Assembly (NCBI GenBank): GCA_041891055.1
Contig: CP169074.1
Coordinates: 1,088,001-1,152,000, forward strand
Source of the DNA: Halorutilales archaeon Cl-col2-1
GTDB lineage: Archaea; Halobacteriota; Halobacteria; Halobacteriales; Afararchaeaceae
Reading direction: 5' to 3'
Length of the DNA: 64,000 nt
Below the pieces are notes generated by a model. The model saw nothing but the letters and a program-made list of their open reading frames with translations, was not told where the DNA came from and searched no databases. The position numbers were made by a program, and so were the translations under genes. Shown piece after piece: positions 55,521 through 64,000 of this stretch. Positions within the stretch are counted from its first letter, which is position 1. The number at the start of each line of letters is the position of its first letter.

Positions 55521-58148
55521 GTGGAAGACAAGACGAAGATACGCGGCGTTGTCACCCATCTCGGTGAGACGAATAAGTACGACGGGAGCCGTATAGCCGA
55601 GATAAGTATAGAGACCGGCGAAGTCTCTGAGTCGGAGTCGGTCTCGGTGACCCTCTGGGGAGACTGGGTCGAGACTCTCAGCGTAGCCGAGGAGGGCGAC
55701 GAGATACTCGTCACCGATGTCGAGGAGCGAGGAAGCCGAGAGTACACGACGACCACCGACTCGTACGTCATCGTCGAGCCCGACTACCTCGTCAATGTCA
55801 CGGATATCCGTTCGTGGGTGGAATGTCCGCGTCTCTACTACCTCAACAAGCTCACAGGAATACCGCTTAAGTACGAGGTGATACGTGGCACAGTCGTACA
55901 CAGAGTCTTCGGAGACCTTCTTAGGAACATCGACCTCGAAGACGCAGTCGAAGACAGGGTCGAGGAAGTCGGGCTCGAACTCGGTCTCCTCGGACGTGAC
56001 GCGGGAGAGGTGAGACGGGAGGTCGAGGAGCACGCTCGCGGCATAGAGTCGTGGCTTGAACAGACAGCACTCGTCGACGACTCGTGGAGGAGCGAGAAGA
56101 CACTTCTGAGCGAGAAGTTCGGCATCAAGGGGAGATCCGACGCCGTGAGACGCGGAACCCCTGTCGAGCTAAAGACGGGGAAGAACACGTCGGGAGACGC
56201 TAGGTTCAAGGACAAGGTACAGGCGGCTTCTTACTGTCTTCTTCTGAGGGAGAAGGGCAGAGAAGTCGACTCGGCGACAGTCCTCTACACGCGAAACGCC
56301 GCACGCAACGAGCCCGTCGCAAGAGACTTCCGTGTCACGAAGGGACTCCTCGACTTTGTGGTGAGGACGAGGAATGAGATCGCAGCGGCGGAGACACGTA
56401 ACGAGTCTCCGACGGGAGAGACGTCGAACCTGCCGTGTAGCTCGTGTTTCGAGCAGGACACGTGTATGGTAGTCTCGGGAAAGCTCGACCAGGAGTCGAA
56501 GGCGGGTAAGATAGGTTCTCCGATTCCCGAGAAAGAGAGGGACTACTTCGACGACGTCTACTCCTTCATAGAGAACGAGAGACAAGCCGTCCACGACGAG
56601 TTCGCTAAGCTCTGGAGACAGTCTCCCGAGGAGAGGGCGGAAGACGACCGCGCGCTCGTCGACCTCGAACCCGTGGGAAAGTCGGAGGTAGGGGGTAAGT
56701 GGGAGCTAAGAGCCGAGAGGCTCTCGGACGGCGTCTCGAAGATACGTGAGGGTGACACCGTATTAGCGAGCGACGGCGACCCTATACGTGGAGACGCCGA
56801 GATCGGACGTGTCGAGAGGCTCGACGATCAGGTCGTCGTAACCACAGACGAACCTCTCGAACTCAGACGGATAGACGTCTATCCCTCGGAGATAAACGTC
56901 GACCGTCTCCTCAACTCACTCCACGACTTCGTCCTCAAGTCGGAGCCGAGGGAGAAGAAGGTCTTCCTCGGAGACGCAGATCCCGAGTTCGACGACTCGT
57001 GGGAGGAGTACGTCCCGAACAACGAGAGACAGAACGAGGCTGTCAACCTGGGCGTCAACGCGCGTGACCTCGCCGTAATACACGGTCCTCCGGGGACGGG
57101 AAAGACCTACACGATAGCACATCTCGTGCGCGCTCTCGTGAGAGACGGTCAAAGGGTACTCGTCTCGGCACTCACCAACCGCGCCGTCGACAACGTACTC
57201 GAAGCAGTCGAGGAACAGGGCTACGACGGCTTCGTGCGTTTCGGCACCGAGTCGGGAGTCACAGACTCGATGACGGAGTACAGGGTAGAACACAGAGGAG
57301 ACCCCGACGAGAGGGCGGAGGAGCTTCTACGTGCCGACGTCGTGGGGGCGACCACGTCGTCGTGTTCTTCGCGCGTTATGAGGGAACAGGAGTTCGACGT
57401 CGCAGTCGTCGACGAGGCGTCTCAGCTTACCGAACCCGAGACGCTCGCAGCCGTGAGCTTAGCCGAGAAGTTCGTCCTCGTAGGCGACCACCACCAGCTA
57501 CCGCCCGTGACAGCCGACGGAGCACCCTCGGCTTTCGAACGTCTAACCGAGACGTACCCCGAGGCGACAGTGATGCTCGACCGCCAGTACAGGATGTCAC
57601 AGAGGATACAGGCGTACTCGTCACGTGAGTTCTACGACGGAGGTCTGTATCCCGCTCACCGCGAGGTGGCGGCACAGTCGCCCGAAGATATAGACGGTGT
57701 CGACTCCGGGAGTCTCCCCGACGAGATACAGAGTCCCGTCTCGTTCGTGAACGTCGAAGGCGAACAGGAAGGAAACACGAACACGGAAGAGGCGGACGAA
57801 GTAGCGCGTATCGTCGACGGTCTCTTAGACGCCGGCGTCGACGGTTCCGACGTGGGAGTCATAGCTCCTTTCAGGGCACAGGTCGCCGCGATAAAACCCA
57901 GGATAGACGACTCGGTAGCAGTCGACACAGTCGACAGGTTCCAGGGTTCAAGCAAGGAGATAGTCGTAGTCTCTTTCGTCGCGACGGGGAGCCTCGAAAG
58001 CCCCGTCTTCGATGACTACAGACGTCTCAACGTAGCTCTGACACGTGCGAAGAAGTCGCTCGTCCTAGTCGGCGACGAGTCGGCTCTGCGTGACGACGGT
58101 CTCTACTCACGCATGGTCGAGTGGGCGGACAGATCCTACTCGGATTAA
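55521..58148 (+). CDS. Dna2-like nuclease-helicase (OB-like + RecB/Cas4-type nuclease with Fe-S Cys + SF1B helicase)
   Basis: CPR, H..E..D..ELK nuclease motif, C..C.....[41 protein letters not shown]. Confidence 0.88.
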   Translation: MEDKTKIRGVVTHLGETNKYDGSRIAEISIETGEVSESESVSVTLWGDWVETLSVAEEGDEILVTDVEERGSREYTTTTDSYVIVEPDYLVNVTDIRSWVECPRLYYLNKLTGIPLKYEVIRGTVVHRVFGDLLRNIDLEDAVEDRVEEVGLELGLLGRDAGEVRREVEEHARGIESWLEQTALVDDSWRSEKTLLSEKFGIKGRSDAVRRGTPVELKTGKNTSGDARFKDKVQAASYCLLLREKGREVDSATVLYTRNAARNEPVARDFRVTKGLLDFVVRTRNEIAAAETRNESPTGETSNLPCSSCFEQDTCMVVSGKLDQESKAGKIGSPIPEKERDYFDDVYSFIENERQAVHDEFAKLWRQSPEERAEDDRALVDLEPVGKSEVGGKWELRAERLSDGVSKIREGDTVLASDGDPIRGDAEIGRVERLDDQVVVTTDEPLELRRIDVYPSEINVDRLLNSLHDFVLKSEPREKKVFLGDADPEFDDSWEEYVPNNERQNEAVNLGVNARDLAVIHGPPGTGKTYTIAHLVRALVRDGQRVLVSALTNRAVDNVLEAVEEQGYDGFVRFGTESGVTDSMTEYRVEHRGDPDERAEELLRADVVGATTSSCSSRVMREQEFDVAVVDEASQLTEPETLAAVSLAEKFVLVGDHHQLPPVTADGAPSAFERLTETYPEATVMLDRQYRMSQRIQAYSSREFYDGGLYPAHREVAAQSPEDIDGVDSGSLPDEIQSPVSFVNVEGEQEGNTNTEEADEVARIVDGLLDAGVDGSDVGVIAPFRAQVAAIKPRIDDSVAVDTVDRFQGSSKEIVVVSFVATGSLESPVFDDYRRLNVALTRAKKSLVLVGDESALRDDGLYSRMVEWADRSYSD

Positions 58149-58206
58149 TAGGTCTCAGACGCCGTACCGTAGTCCTTATTATATCTGTGGAGTAATTTAA
58201 TATAAA

Positions 58207-59028
58207 ATGAGATCGAGACTCGGATACATAGGACTCGTAAGCCTCGTGGCTCTGTCGGCTCTCGGAGCCGCGAGCGGGATGTGGAAGCTGATAGGAATTT
58301 CGTGGGTCGCCTTCGGAATAATGGTGGTCGGCGGCTTCATATCCGAGAGGAGCGACACTACGCATCCCATGAACTTAGTCTGGGGGTACGGGCTCTCAGG
58401 AGGAGCGATGGTCACGAGTGCGTCGATATTCCTCGTCTCGTCGGCTATAAACCACGATCCCGTCTACGGAGGTATCGGAATCGCCTCCGGAATAATCGGC
58501 GGATACGCGGGGCACAACATAAGACACAGGCTCGCCCACGTCGACCTACCCGTCGAACGCACTACAGCAGAGATCTCGGTGCATTCGGTCTCGGCGGGCG
58601 TCATAATAGGCATAGTCTACGGAAACATGCCGTCCCTCGGACCTCTCCTGGGTCTCTCGATAGTCTCACACAAGGGACCCGCGGGGTATGCGGTCGCCCA
58701 CCGTCTGAGGGAGGCGGATCTCCCAATCTCGGCTCTGATGCTTCCGGCGTCGGGAGTCGGAATAGCCGGAATAATATCGGGCTTTCTCAGTCTGCCTAAC
58801 ATACCCGAGGTAAACGGCCTCGTCTTCGGCTTCGCCTCGGGGATATTCCTACACGCCGCGATGGACTTCCTCCCACCGTGTGAGACGGAGGGCGAGATAT
58901 ACGAGGTCGCCGCAGCACGCGGAAAGGGACACGAGTACCTCGACAAGCTACGTGACCACGCCCTGATAAGCACAGTTATAGGAGGGGTCGTCGTCCTACT
59001 CGCACGTCTCGTCTTAGGCATGGGTTAA
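58207..59028 (+). CDS. ZIP family divalent metal transporter
   Basis: G.SGGAM, HS...G..IG, HKGPAG, ASG.FLH..MDFLP motifs. Confidence 0.88.
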   Translation: MRSRLGYIGLVSLVALSALGAASGMWKLIGISWVAFGIMVVGGFISERSDTTHPMNLVWGYGLSGGAMVTSASIFLVSSAINHDPVYGGIGIASGIIGGYAGHNIRHRLAHVDLPVERTTAEISVHSVSAGVIIGIVYGNMPSLGPLLGLSIVSHKGPAGYAVAHRLREADLPISALMLPASGVGIAGIISGFLSLPNIPEVNGLVFGFASGIFLHAAMDFLPPCETEGEIYEVAAARGKGHEYLDKLRDHALISTVIGGVVVLLARLVLGMG

Positions 59029-59084
59029 TACTACTCGCCCTAAGATGCTAGATATTAATAAGTCAGTAGCTATTGTTATTAGAC

Positions 59085-59783
59085 ATGGCGCACATACATC
59101 TCCCCGACGGTGTGATACCCGTCTGGGCGGTAGCTCTCTGGTACTTAGTAGGAGGAGTAGTCGTAGCAGGAGCCGTCTGGAAGCTACGTTCGGGAGAGAC
59201 CGAGACACGTAAGATAGCATTGGGAGGAATGGCGGCGGCAGCGAGCTTCGCCGTCTTCCAGCTCAACCTACCCGTCTTAGGAGGTGTCCATCTCAATCTG
59301 ACTCCTCTCGTCGGCGTACTCGCGGGTCCGGCTCTCGGAAGCCTAATAGCTCTCGTCGTCAACGTCCTGTCAGCGATGCTCGGACACGGAGCGTGGGGCT
59401 TCCTCGGTGCTAACACGTTAGTCAACGCCACCGAGGTGACAGTCGCATACTACGTCTTCGTGAGTCTGAGGAGGATGAACTGGAACGCCTTCGTGTCGTC
59501 GAGCCTGTCAGCGATGGCGGGTCTAGGAGTCGGCTCCCTGCTGATGGGAGGAATACCTCTAGTGAGCGGTCTCAACGGCGTCGAGTTAGGCGGCTCCGAC
59601 CTCGCCGTCTACATGGGAGCACTCGTCGCACTCAACCTCGGTGTCGCAGTAGTCGAGAGCCTCGTCACGGGATTCATAGTCACTTACATAGTCAAGCTAC
59701 GTCCCGACCTCGTCTCAGGAGGACTGCTTCCGTCTGAGTCGGCTGCGGGGAGTCAGAACGAGAACGCGGAGGTGTCAGCGTGA
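59085..59783 (+). CDS. cbiM: Co/Ni ECF transporter substrate-specific component (CbiM/NikM)
   Basis: N-terminal MAHIHLPDG, GGVHL, GHG..G..GAN, E...TG motifs; ATG at 59085. Confidence 0.9.
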   Translation: MAHIHLPDGVIPVWAVALWYLVGGVVVAGAVWKLRSGETETRKIALGGMAAAASFAVFQLNLPVLGGVHLNLTPLVGVLAGPALGSLIALVVNVLSAMLGHGAWGFLGANTLVNATEVTVAYYVFVSLRRMNWNAFVSSSLSAMAGLGVGSLLMGGIPLVSGLNGVELGGSDLAVYMGALVALNLGVAVVESLVTGFIVTYIVKLRPDLVSGGLLPSESAAGSQNENAEVSA

Positions 59784-60097
59784 AGAGTCTAAGACAGTAC
59801 GTGGCTTACGTACTGTCTCTGGCTGTCTTCGGTGCCCTGGGATACTTAGGCTTCAGATCCACCGGAGGCAGTGTTCCGTACGCAAAGAGGTTCAAGACCG
59901 TCGTCGACGGCACGGTGAGATCGGGTGACGGGGATCTAGTCGACCTGGCACGCGGCGTTCTCGTCGCAGGACCCATACGTAAGTCGGGTCTCACGACGAC
60001 GTACATAGGCATAACAGCCGTTCTCCTCGCCGTAGGCGTCGGTTTCTACGTCTATGCCACGAGATCGGAGGACGAGACACCGACGGCTGAGAGGTGA
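59780..60097 (+). CDS. Small 2-TM auxiliary component of the Co/Ni ECF system (CbiN/NikN-like position)
   Basis: Two TM helices with a loop between them; GTGA-coupled between cbiM and cbiQ. Confidence 0.7.
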   Translation: MKSLRQYVAYVLSLAVFGALGYLGFRSTGGSVPYAKRFKTVVDGTVRSGDGDLVDLARGVLVAGPIRKSGLTTTYIGITAVLLAVGVGFYVYATRSEDETPTAER

Positions 60098-60915
60098 ATA
60101 TGTCAGTGTCACAGTCCTCGAACCACAGCCACGTCCCCGACCCGCGTTATCTCACGCATTACGCGGAGAGCCACGACAGCCGTCTCCACCGTCTGAACCC
60201 GTGGACGAAGGCGGCGGTACTTCCCCTCTTAGTCGTGGCTGTGACTGTAGCCCGGGGACTCGTCGCTGTCGGGGTCTTATACGCCGCAGTCCTTGGTCTT
60301 TATGCGGTCTCGGGGCTTCCGGTGAGACGTCTCGTGGGATGGTACAGCCTTCCCTTCGTCTTCGTGTCGGCTGTAGGAGTTCCCGTGGCTTTCGGCGTCG
60401 AGGGTACACGTCTCGTCGGAGTCGGAGTCGGAGGCATAACTCTGACAGTCGAAGGCGTCACGGCGTATCTCGAAATGCTCGGAAGGGGGCTCACCGTCGT
60501 GACCTACTCGTTAGGCGTATGGATGACGACGAGGTACAACGAGGTCGCATACGTACTCGGAAGGAGTCTTCCCGAGCCTCTCGACCAGATACTACTCCTC
60601 GCGTACCGTTTTAGCTTCGTGATGGTCGAGGTCGTCGAGGATCTCGTCAAAGCACTCAGGTCACGAGGCTCCGACTTCCTGACCGAGTTCTGGAGTAACA
60701 GAGCCCTCTACGGTAGCATAGTCGGAGCCGCGTTCATAGACTCGGTCGAGAGATCCGAGAGAATAGTCAAGTCGATGGAGTCACGTGGGTACGACGGAGA
60801 CCTAACAGTCTATACGACTGTCGAGAAGCCTCCCATGAGAGAAACCGTCTTACTTGCCGGATTAGGCGTGGGTGTGCTGACATACAGCCTCAGGTTCACC
60901 TACGGGGTGGTGTGA
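60094..60915 (+). CDS. cbiQ: ECF transporter T component (CbiQ)
   Basis: LHRLNPWTK, AYRF, A.RSRG and SMESRGY Arg motifs. Confidence 0.9.
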   Translation: MNMSVSQSSNHSHVPDPRYLTHYAESHDSRLHRLNPWTKAAVLPLLVVAVTVARGLVAVGVLYAAVLGLYAVSGLPVRRLVGWYSLPFVFVSAVGVPVAFGVEGTRLVGVGVGGITLTVEGVTAYLEMLGRGLTVVTYSLGVWMTTRYNEVAYVLGRSLPEPLDQILLLAYRFSFVMVEVVEDLVKALRSRGSDFLTEFWSNRALYGSIVGAAFIDSVERSERIVKSMESRGYDGDLTVYTTVEKPPMRETVLLAGLGVGVLTYSLRFTYGVV

Positions 60916-61775
60916 TGACAGACAGACAAGACGAGGTTCTGAGTCTCCGGTGTAAGTCACACACATACCCAGACGGAACGACGGGTATACACGAAGTCGA
61001 GTTCGAGGTTTTCGAGGACGAGACGGTCTTCGTCTGCGGCGGAAACGGAGCGGGTAAGTCGACCCTCCTCGAACATCTCAACGGAATACTCACACCCGAC
61101 GACGGGGAGCTACGTGTCAAGGGCGAGGAGATAGACGACTCGAACCTCAGGCAAGCGAGGCGCGAGGTCGGTCTCGTCTTCCAGGACTCCGACTCACAGA
61201 TAATAGCTCCGACGGTGATCGACGACGTCTCGTTCGGTCCGAAGAACTACGGCGCTACCGACGAAGAGGCGGAGAGACGCGCCGAGGAGGCTCTCGACTC
61301 ACTCGACGCTCTGGGTCTGAGGGACAGATCGCCCCATTACCTCAGCGGAGGTGAGAAACGTATAGTCGCACTCGCCGGGGTTCTCGCGATGAACCCCTCG
61401 GTCGTAGTGATGGACGAGCCCTTCGCGGGACTCGACCCGACGAGAACCGAACGTCTGATAGAACGCATCGGGGTTCTGAGGGAAGACGGAATAAGCGTCG
61501 TAGTCTCGACACACGACATAGACTCGGCGGCGAGGATGGCTGACAGGGTCTTCGTGATGAACGACGGCAACACGGTCGCCGAGGGCAAGCCTCGTGAGGT
61601 CTTCTACGACTACGAACTCCTCGACTCCGCCAACCTCAGACCCCCGTCGGCTGTGAGACTCGCGCGTGAACTCGGGGTCGACGGAGAACGTCCGATCACC
61701 CAGGACGAAGTGGTGAGACTGGTTCGGGAGTCGAGTCTAAGAGGTCGAGATATCGACGCGCCCGCTCGTGGCTGA
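60912..61775 (+). CDS. cbiO: ECF transporter ATPase (CbiO)
   Basis: GGNGAGKST, VFQD.D.Q, LSGGEKR, MDEP, STHD motifs. Confidence 0.92.
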   Translation: MMTDRQDEVLSLRCKSHTYPDGTTGIHEVEFEVFEDETVFVCGGNGAGKSTLLEHLNGILTPDDGELRVKGEEIDDSNLRQARREVGLVFQDSDSQIIAPTVIDDVSFGPKNYGATDEEAERRAEEALDSLDALGLRDRSPHYLSGGEKRIVALAGVLAMNPSVVVMDEPFAGLDPTRTERLIERIGVLREDGISVVVSTHDIDSAARMADRVFVMNDGNTVAEGKPREVFYDYELLDSANLRPPSAVRLARELGVDGERPITQDEVVRLVRESSLRGRDIDAPARG

Positions 61776-62345
61776 CCTCAGACGGTCGTAGAGTTGGTCG
61801 GTCGACTCAACAGGGACGCGAACCTCGAAGGTCACCGTCTCGGCGTACTCGGCTTCGTAGTCGCAGTCGAACCTCGACGAGTCGAGAACAGACTTGACGT
61901 CTCCCAAGTCGTCGTATCCGACCTCAACGACGGCTGTCTGACGCGGCTTTTCGTCGACTGTGTCGGCTTTTTCGAGACTGTCCTTGACTGCCTTGGTGTA
62001 CGCCCTCACGAGGCCGCCGTATCCTAACTTGGTTCCTCCGTAGTACCTCGTGACCACAGCGACGACGTTACGTAGCTCCTCTTTTTGGAGGACGTTGAGG
62101 ACGGGTTTTCCCGCAGAACCCGAGGGCTCGCCGTCGTCGTCGTACTTCTCACGGACGGGATCGTTCGGACCGACACGGTACGCTGAGACGTTGTGTGTCG
62201 CGTCGGGATGTCTCTCCTCGACCGTCTCGACGAACTCCTCGGCGGAGTCGACAGTCTCGGCACGCGAGACGTGTCCTATGAACTCCGATCCGTCTACCTC
62301 GAAAGACGAGGCGACCGTGTCGTCTCCTACCGTCGTGTAGGTCAT
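61737..62345 (-). CDS. IMPACT/YigZ family protein
   Basis: ATHNV.AY, DDDGEPSGSAGKP, VTRYYGG.KLG.GGLVRAY motifs. Confidence 0.93.
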   Translation of the reverse strand: MTYTTVGDDTVASSFEVDGSEFIGHVSRAETVDSAEEFVETVEERHPDATHNVSAYRVGPNDPVREKYDDDGEPSGSAGKPVLNVLQKEELRNVVAVVTRYYGGTKLGYGGLVRAYTKAVKDSLEKADTVDEKPRQTAVVEVGYDDLGDVKSVLDSSRFDCDYEAEYAETVTFEVRVPVESTDQLYDRLRSATSGRVDISTS

Positions 62346-62444
62346 CTTTTCTTTATTTCGAGACTTCGAACTAAGATCTGCCTATAAACCAAAACCGAAG
62401 ACATTTGACCCTCGCGCGACTATGTCAAACATACCCACGTTATT

Positions 62445-64000
62445 ATGAACGAAGTACGTCTAGAAGTCGAGAAGGCATACCCTAACGACTCGGGGAGAGG
62501 AATTGCTCGTCTCGATCCGGATACTCTGCTACATCTCAAGCTAAGCCCGGGAGACATAATCGAGATAGAGGGCAACGACACCACAGCGGCGAAGGTCTGG
62601 CGTGCCGACCGTCAGGACTGGAACACCGACTCGGTACGTATAGACGGATTCACGCGTCAGAACGCCGACGTCGGCATAGGTGAGCGTGTCACTATACGTA
62701 AGGCTGAGACGGAGGACGCCGACAAGGTGGTTCTCGCGCCGCCCGAGGAAGCGAGTGTCCAGTTCGGAAGCGACGCCTCGGGGATGGTGAAGAGACAGAT
62801 ACTCAAACGTCCCGTCGTCGAGGACGACGTAGTTCCGGTTATGAGCTCGACGAACCATCCCTTCATGAGCTCGCCCGGACAGGCTGTTCCTCTCATAGCC
62901 GTCGAGACGGAGCCCGAAGGTATCGTGATGGTCACAGAGGACACCGAGATAGAGCTGAGGGAAAAGCCCGTCCACGGCGTCGAGTCGCGCGCGAGCGGTA
63001 TCACCTACGAGGACATAGGAGGTCTGAGCGAGGAGATACAGCGCGTGAGGGAGATGATAGAGCTCCCGATGAAACATCCTCAGATATTCCAGAAGCTCGG
63101 GGTCGAGCCGCCGAAGGGTGTTTTACTACACGGTCCGCCGGGTACCGGAAAGACACTGATGGCGAAGGCTGTCGCAAACGAGACAGGAGCGGAGTTCTTC
63201 TCGATAGCAGGACCCGAGATAATCTCGAAGTACTACGGAGAGTCGGAGCAGCAGCTAAGGGAGATATTCGAGGAGGCGCGCGAGGAGGCGCCCTCGATAA
63301 TCTTCATAGACGAACTCGACTCGATAGCCCCGAAGAGGGAGGAAGTCACGGGAGAAGTCGAGAGACGTGTTGTCGCACAGCTTCTCACGATGATGGACGG
63401 CTTAGAGGAGAGGGGACAGGTAGTCGTGATAGGAGCGACCAACCGTGTCGACTCGATAGACCCCGCTCTCCGACGTCCCGGAAGGTTCGACCGTGAGATA
63501 GAGATCGGTGTCCCGGGACACGAGGACAGGAAGGAGATACTCCAGATACATACCCGGGGAATGCCTCTCTCCGACGACTTCGACCTCGACGAGTTCGCCG
63601 ACGACACACACGGCTTTGTAGGGGCGGACATAGAGTCTCTCGCGAAGGAGGGCGCGATGAAGTCGCTCCGGCGTTACCTCCCCGAGATAGACCTCGAAGC
63701 CGAGGAGCTACCTCCCGAGCTCATAGACAGGATGGTCGTCAAGCCCGACGACTTCAAGAGCGCACTCAAGGAGATAGAGCCGAGTGCGATGAGGGAGGTG
63801 ATGGTCGAGCTTCCCGAGGTGACGTGGGATCAGGTCGGAGGACTCCAGGGTCCGAGAAGGGAGGTCAAGGAGGCGATAGAGTGGCCCCTCAACTCGCCCG
63901 AGAAGTTCGAGAGGATGGGTATCAACCCGCCGAAGGGGATTCTCCTCTACGGACCGCCCGGCACGGGTAAGACACTCATAGCGAAGGCTGTCGCAAACGA
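62445..64000 (+). CDS. cdc48: Cdc48/VCP AAA+ ATPase (partial, runs off the window)
   Basis: ATG 62445 [25 protein letters not shown]; GPPGTGKT twice, [17 protein letters not shown]; absent from the ORF track because there is no stop in the window. Confidence 0.96.
   Translation, partial: MNEVRLEVEKAYPNDSGRGIARLDPDTLLHLKLSPGDIIEIEGNDTTAAKVWRADRQDWNTDSVRIDGFTRQNADVGIGERVTIRKAETEDADKVVLAPPEEASVQFGSDASGMVKRQILKRPVVEDDVVPVMSSTNHPFMSSPGQAVPLIAVETEPEGIVMVTEDTEIELREKPVHGVESRASGITYEDIGGLSEEIQRVREMIELPMKHPQIFQKLGVEPPKGVLLHGPPGTGKTLMAKAVANETGAEFFSIAGPEIISKYYGESEQQLREIFEEAREEAPSIIFIDELDSIAPKREEVTGEVERRVVAQLLTMMDGLEERGQVVVIGATNRVDSIDPALRRPGRFDREIEIGVPGHEDRKEILQIHTRGMPLSDDFDLDEFADDTHGFVGADIESLAKEGAMKSLRRYLPEIDLEAEELPPELIDRMVVKPDDFKSALKEIEPSAMREVMVELPEVTWDQVGGLQGPRREVKEAIEWPLNSPEKFERMGINPPKGILLYGPPGTGKTLIAKAVAN

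Noticed and set aside
55521-56500. Cas4-like nuclease as evidence of CRISPR-Cas
   Set aside because: Fused to an SF1B helicase in Dna2 layout; no array or other cas genes.
61737-61775. 39-bp convergent overlap of cbiO and the IMPACT gene (also 2714-2724, 11689-11692, 53204-53217)
   Set aside because: Ordinary tail-to-tail overlaps in a compact genome; the overlapping residues look non-conserved.
95-63631. Many long antisense or alternate-frame ORFs in the track (e.g. 1290-2408, 32203-32892, 49147-49932, 62541-63077)
   Set aside because: Ser/Arg-rich shadows of real genes caused by GC and codon bias; each overlaps a motif-supported CDS.

Overview
A gene-dense, roughly 60% GC chromosomal segment of a haloarchaeon: acidic proteins, archaeal fibrillarin/Nop5, GTP cyclohydrolase III and Cdc48. 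The frequent ATA/AGA codons suggest a deep-branching halophile lineage (inference). Housekeeping blocks: hemL-hemC-cobA-hemD, a 9-gene Mrp/Mnh antiporter operon, tRNA-Lys(UUU), a Wtp/Mod ABC transporter with a divergent Tfx regulator, glmM-nop5-flpA-RFAP synthase, gch3 plus an arginine-synthetase (ArcE)-like P-loop enzyme, tRNA-Ser(UGA) followed by a duplicated 3' end, form III RuBisCO plus AMP phosphorylase, carB, a ba3 oxidase cluster with a Cu-ATPase, FAU-1, a Dna2-like nuclease-helicase, ZIP and Co/Ni ECF transporters, and cdc48. The most interesting region is 36986-43734. The bacteriorhodopsin-regulon machinery (brz, brp-like, bat, crtY, two Bat UAS-like sites) is present, but bop is missing from its usual place. 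The opsin there is instead an HtrII-coupled, SRII-like protein that carries the proton-pump D-T-D motif and lies downstream of a Bat UAS. The Bat LOV domain has His in place of the photoactive Cys, and the Brp-like protein lacks the family's iron-ligand histidines. No CRISPR array, transposase, integrase or rRNA was seen. All family calls come from motif recognition by eye, not database searches.
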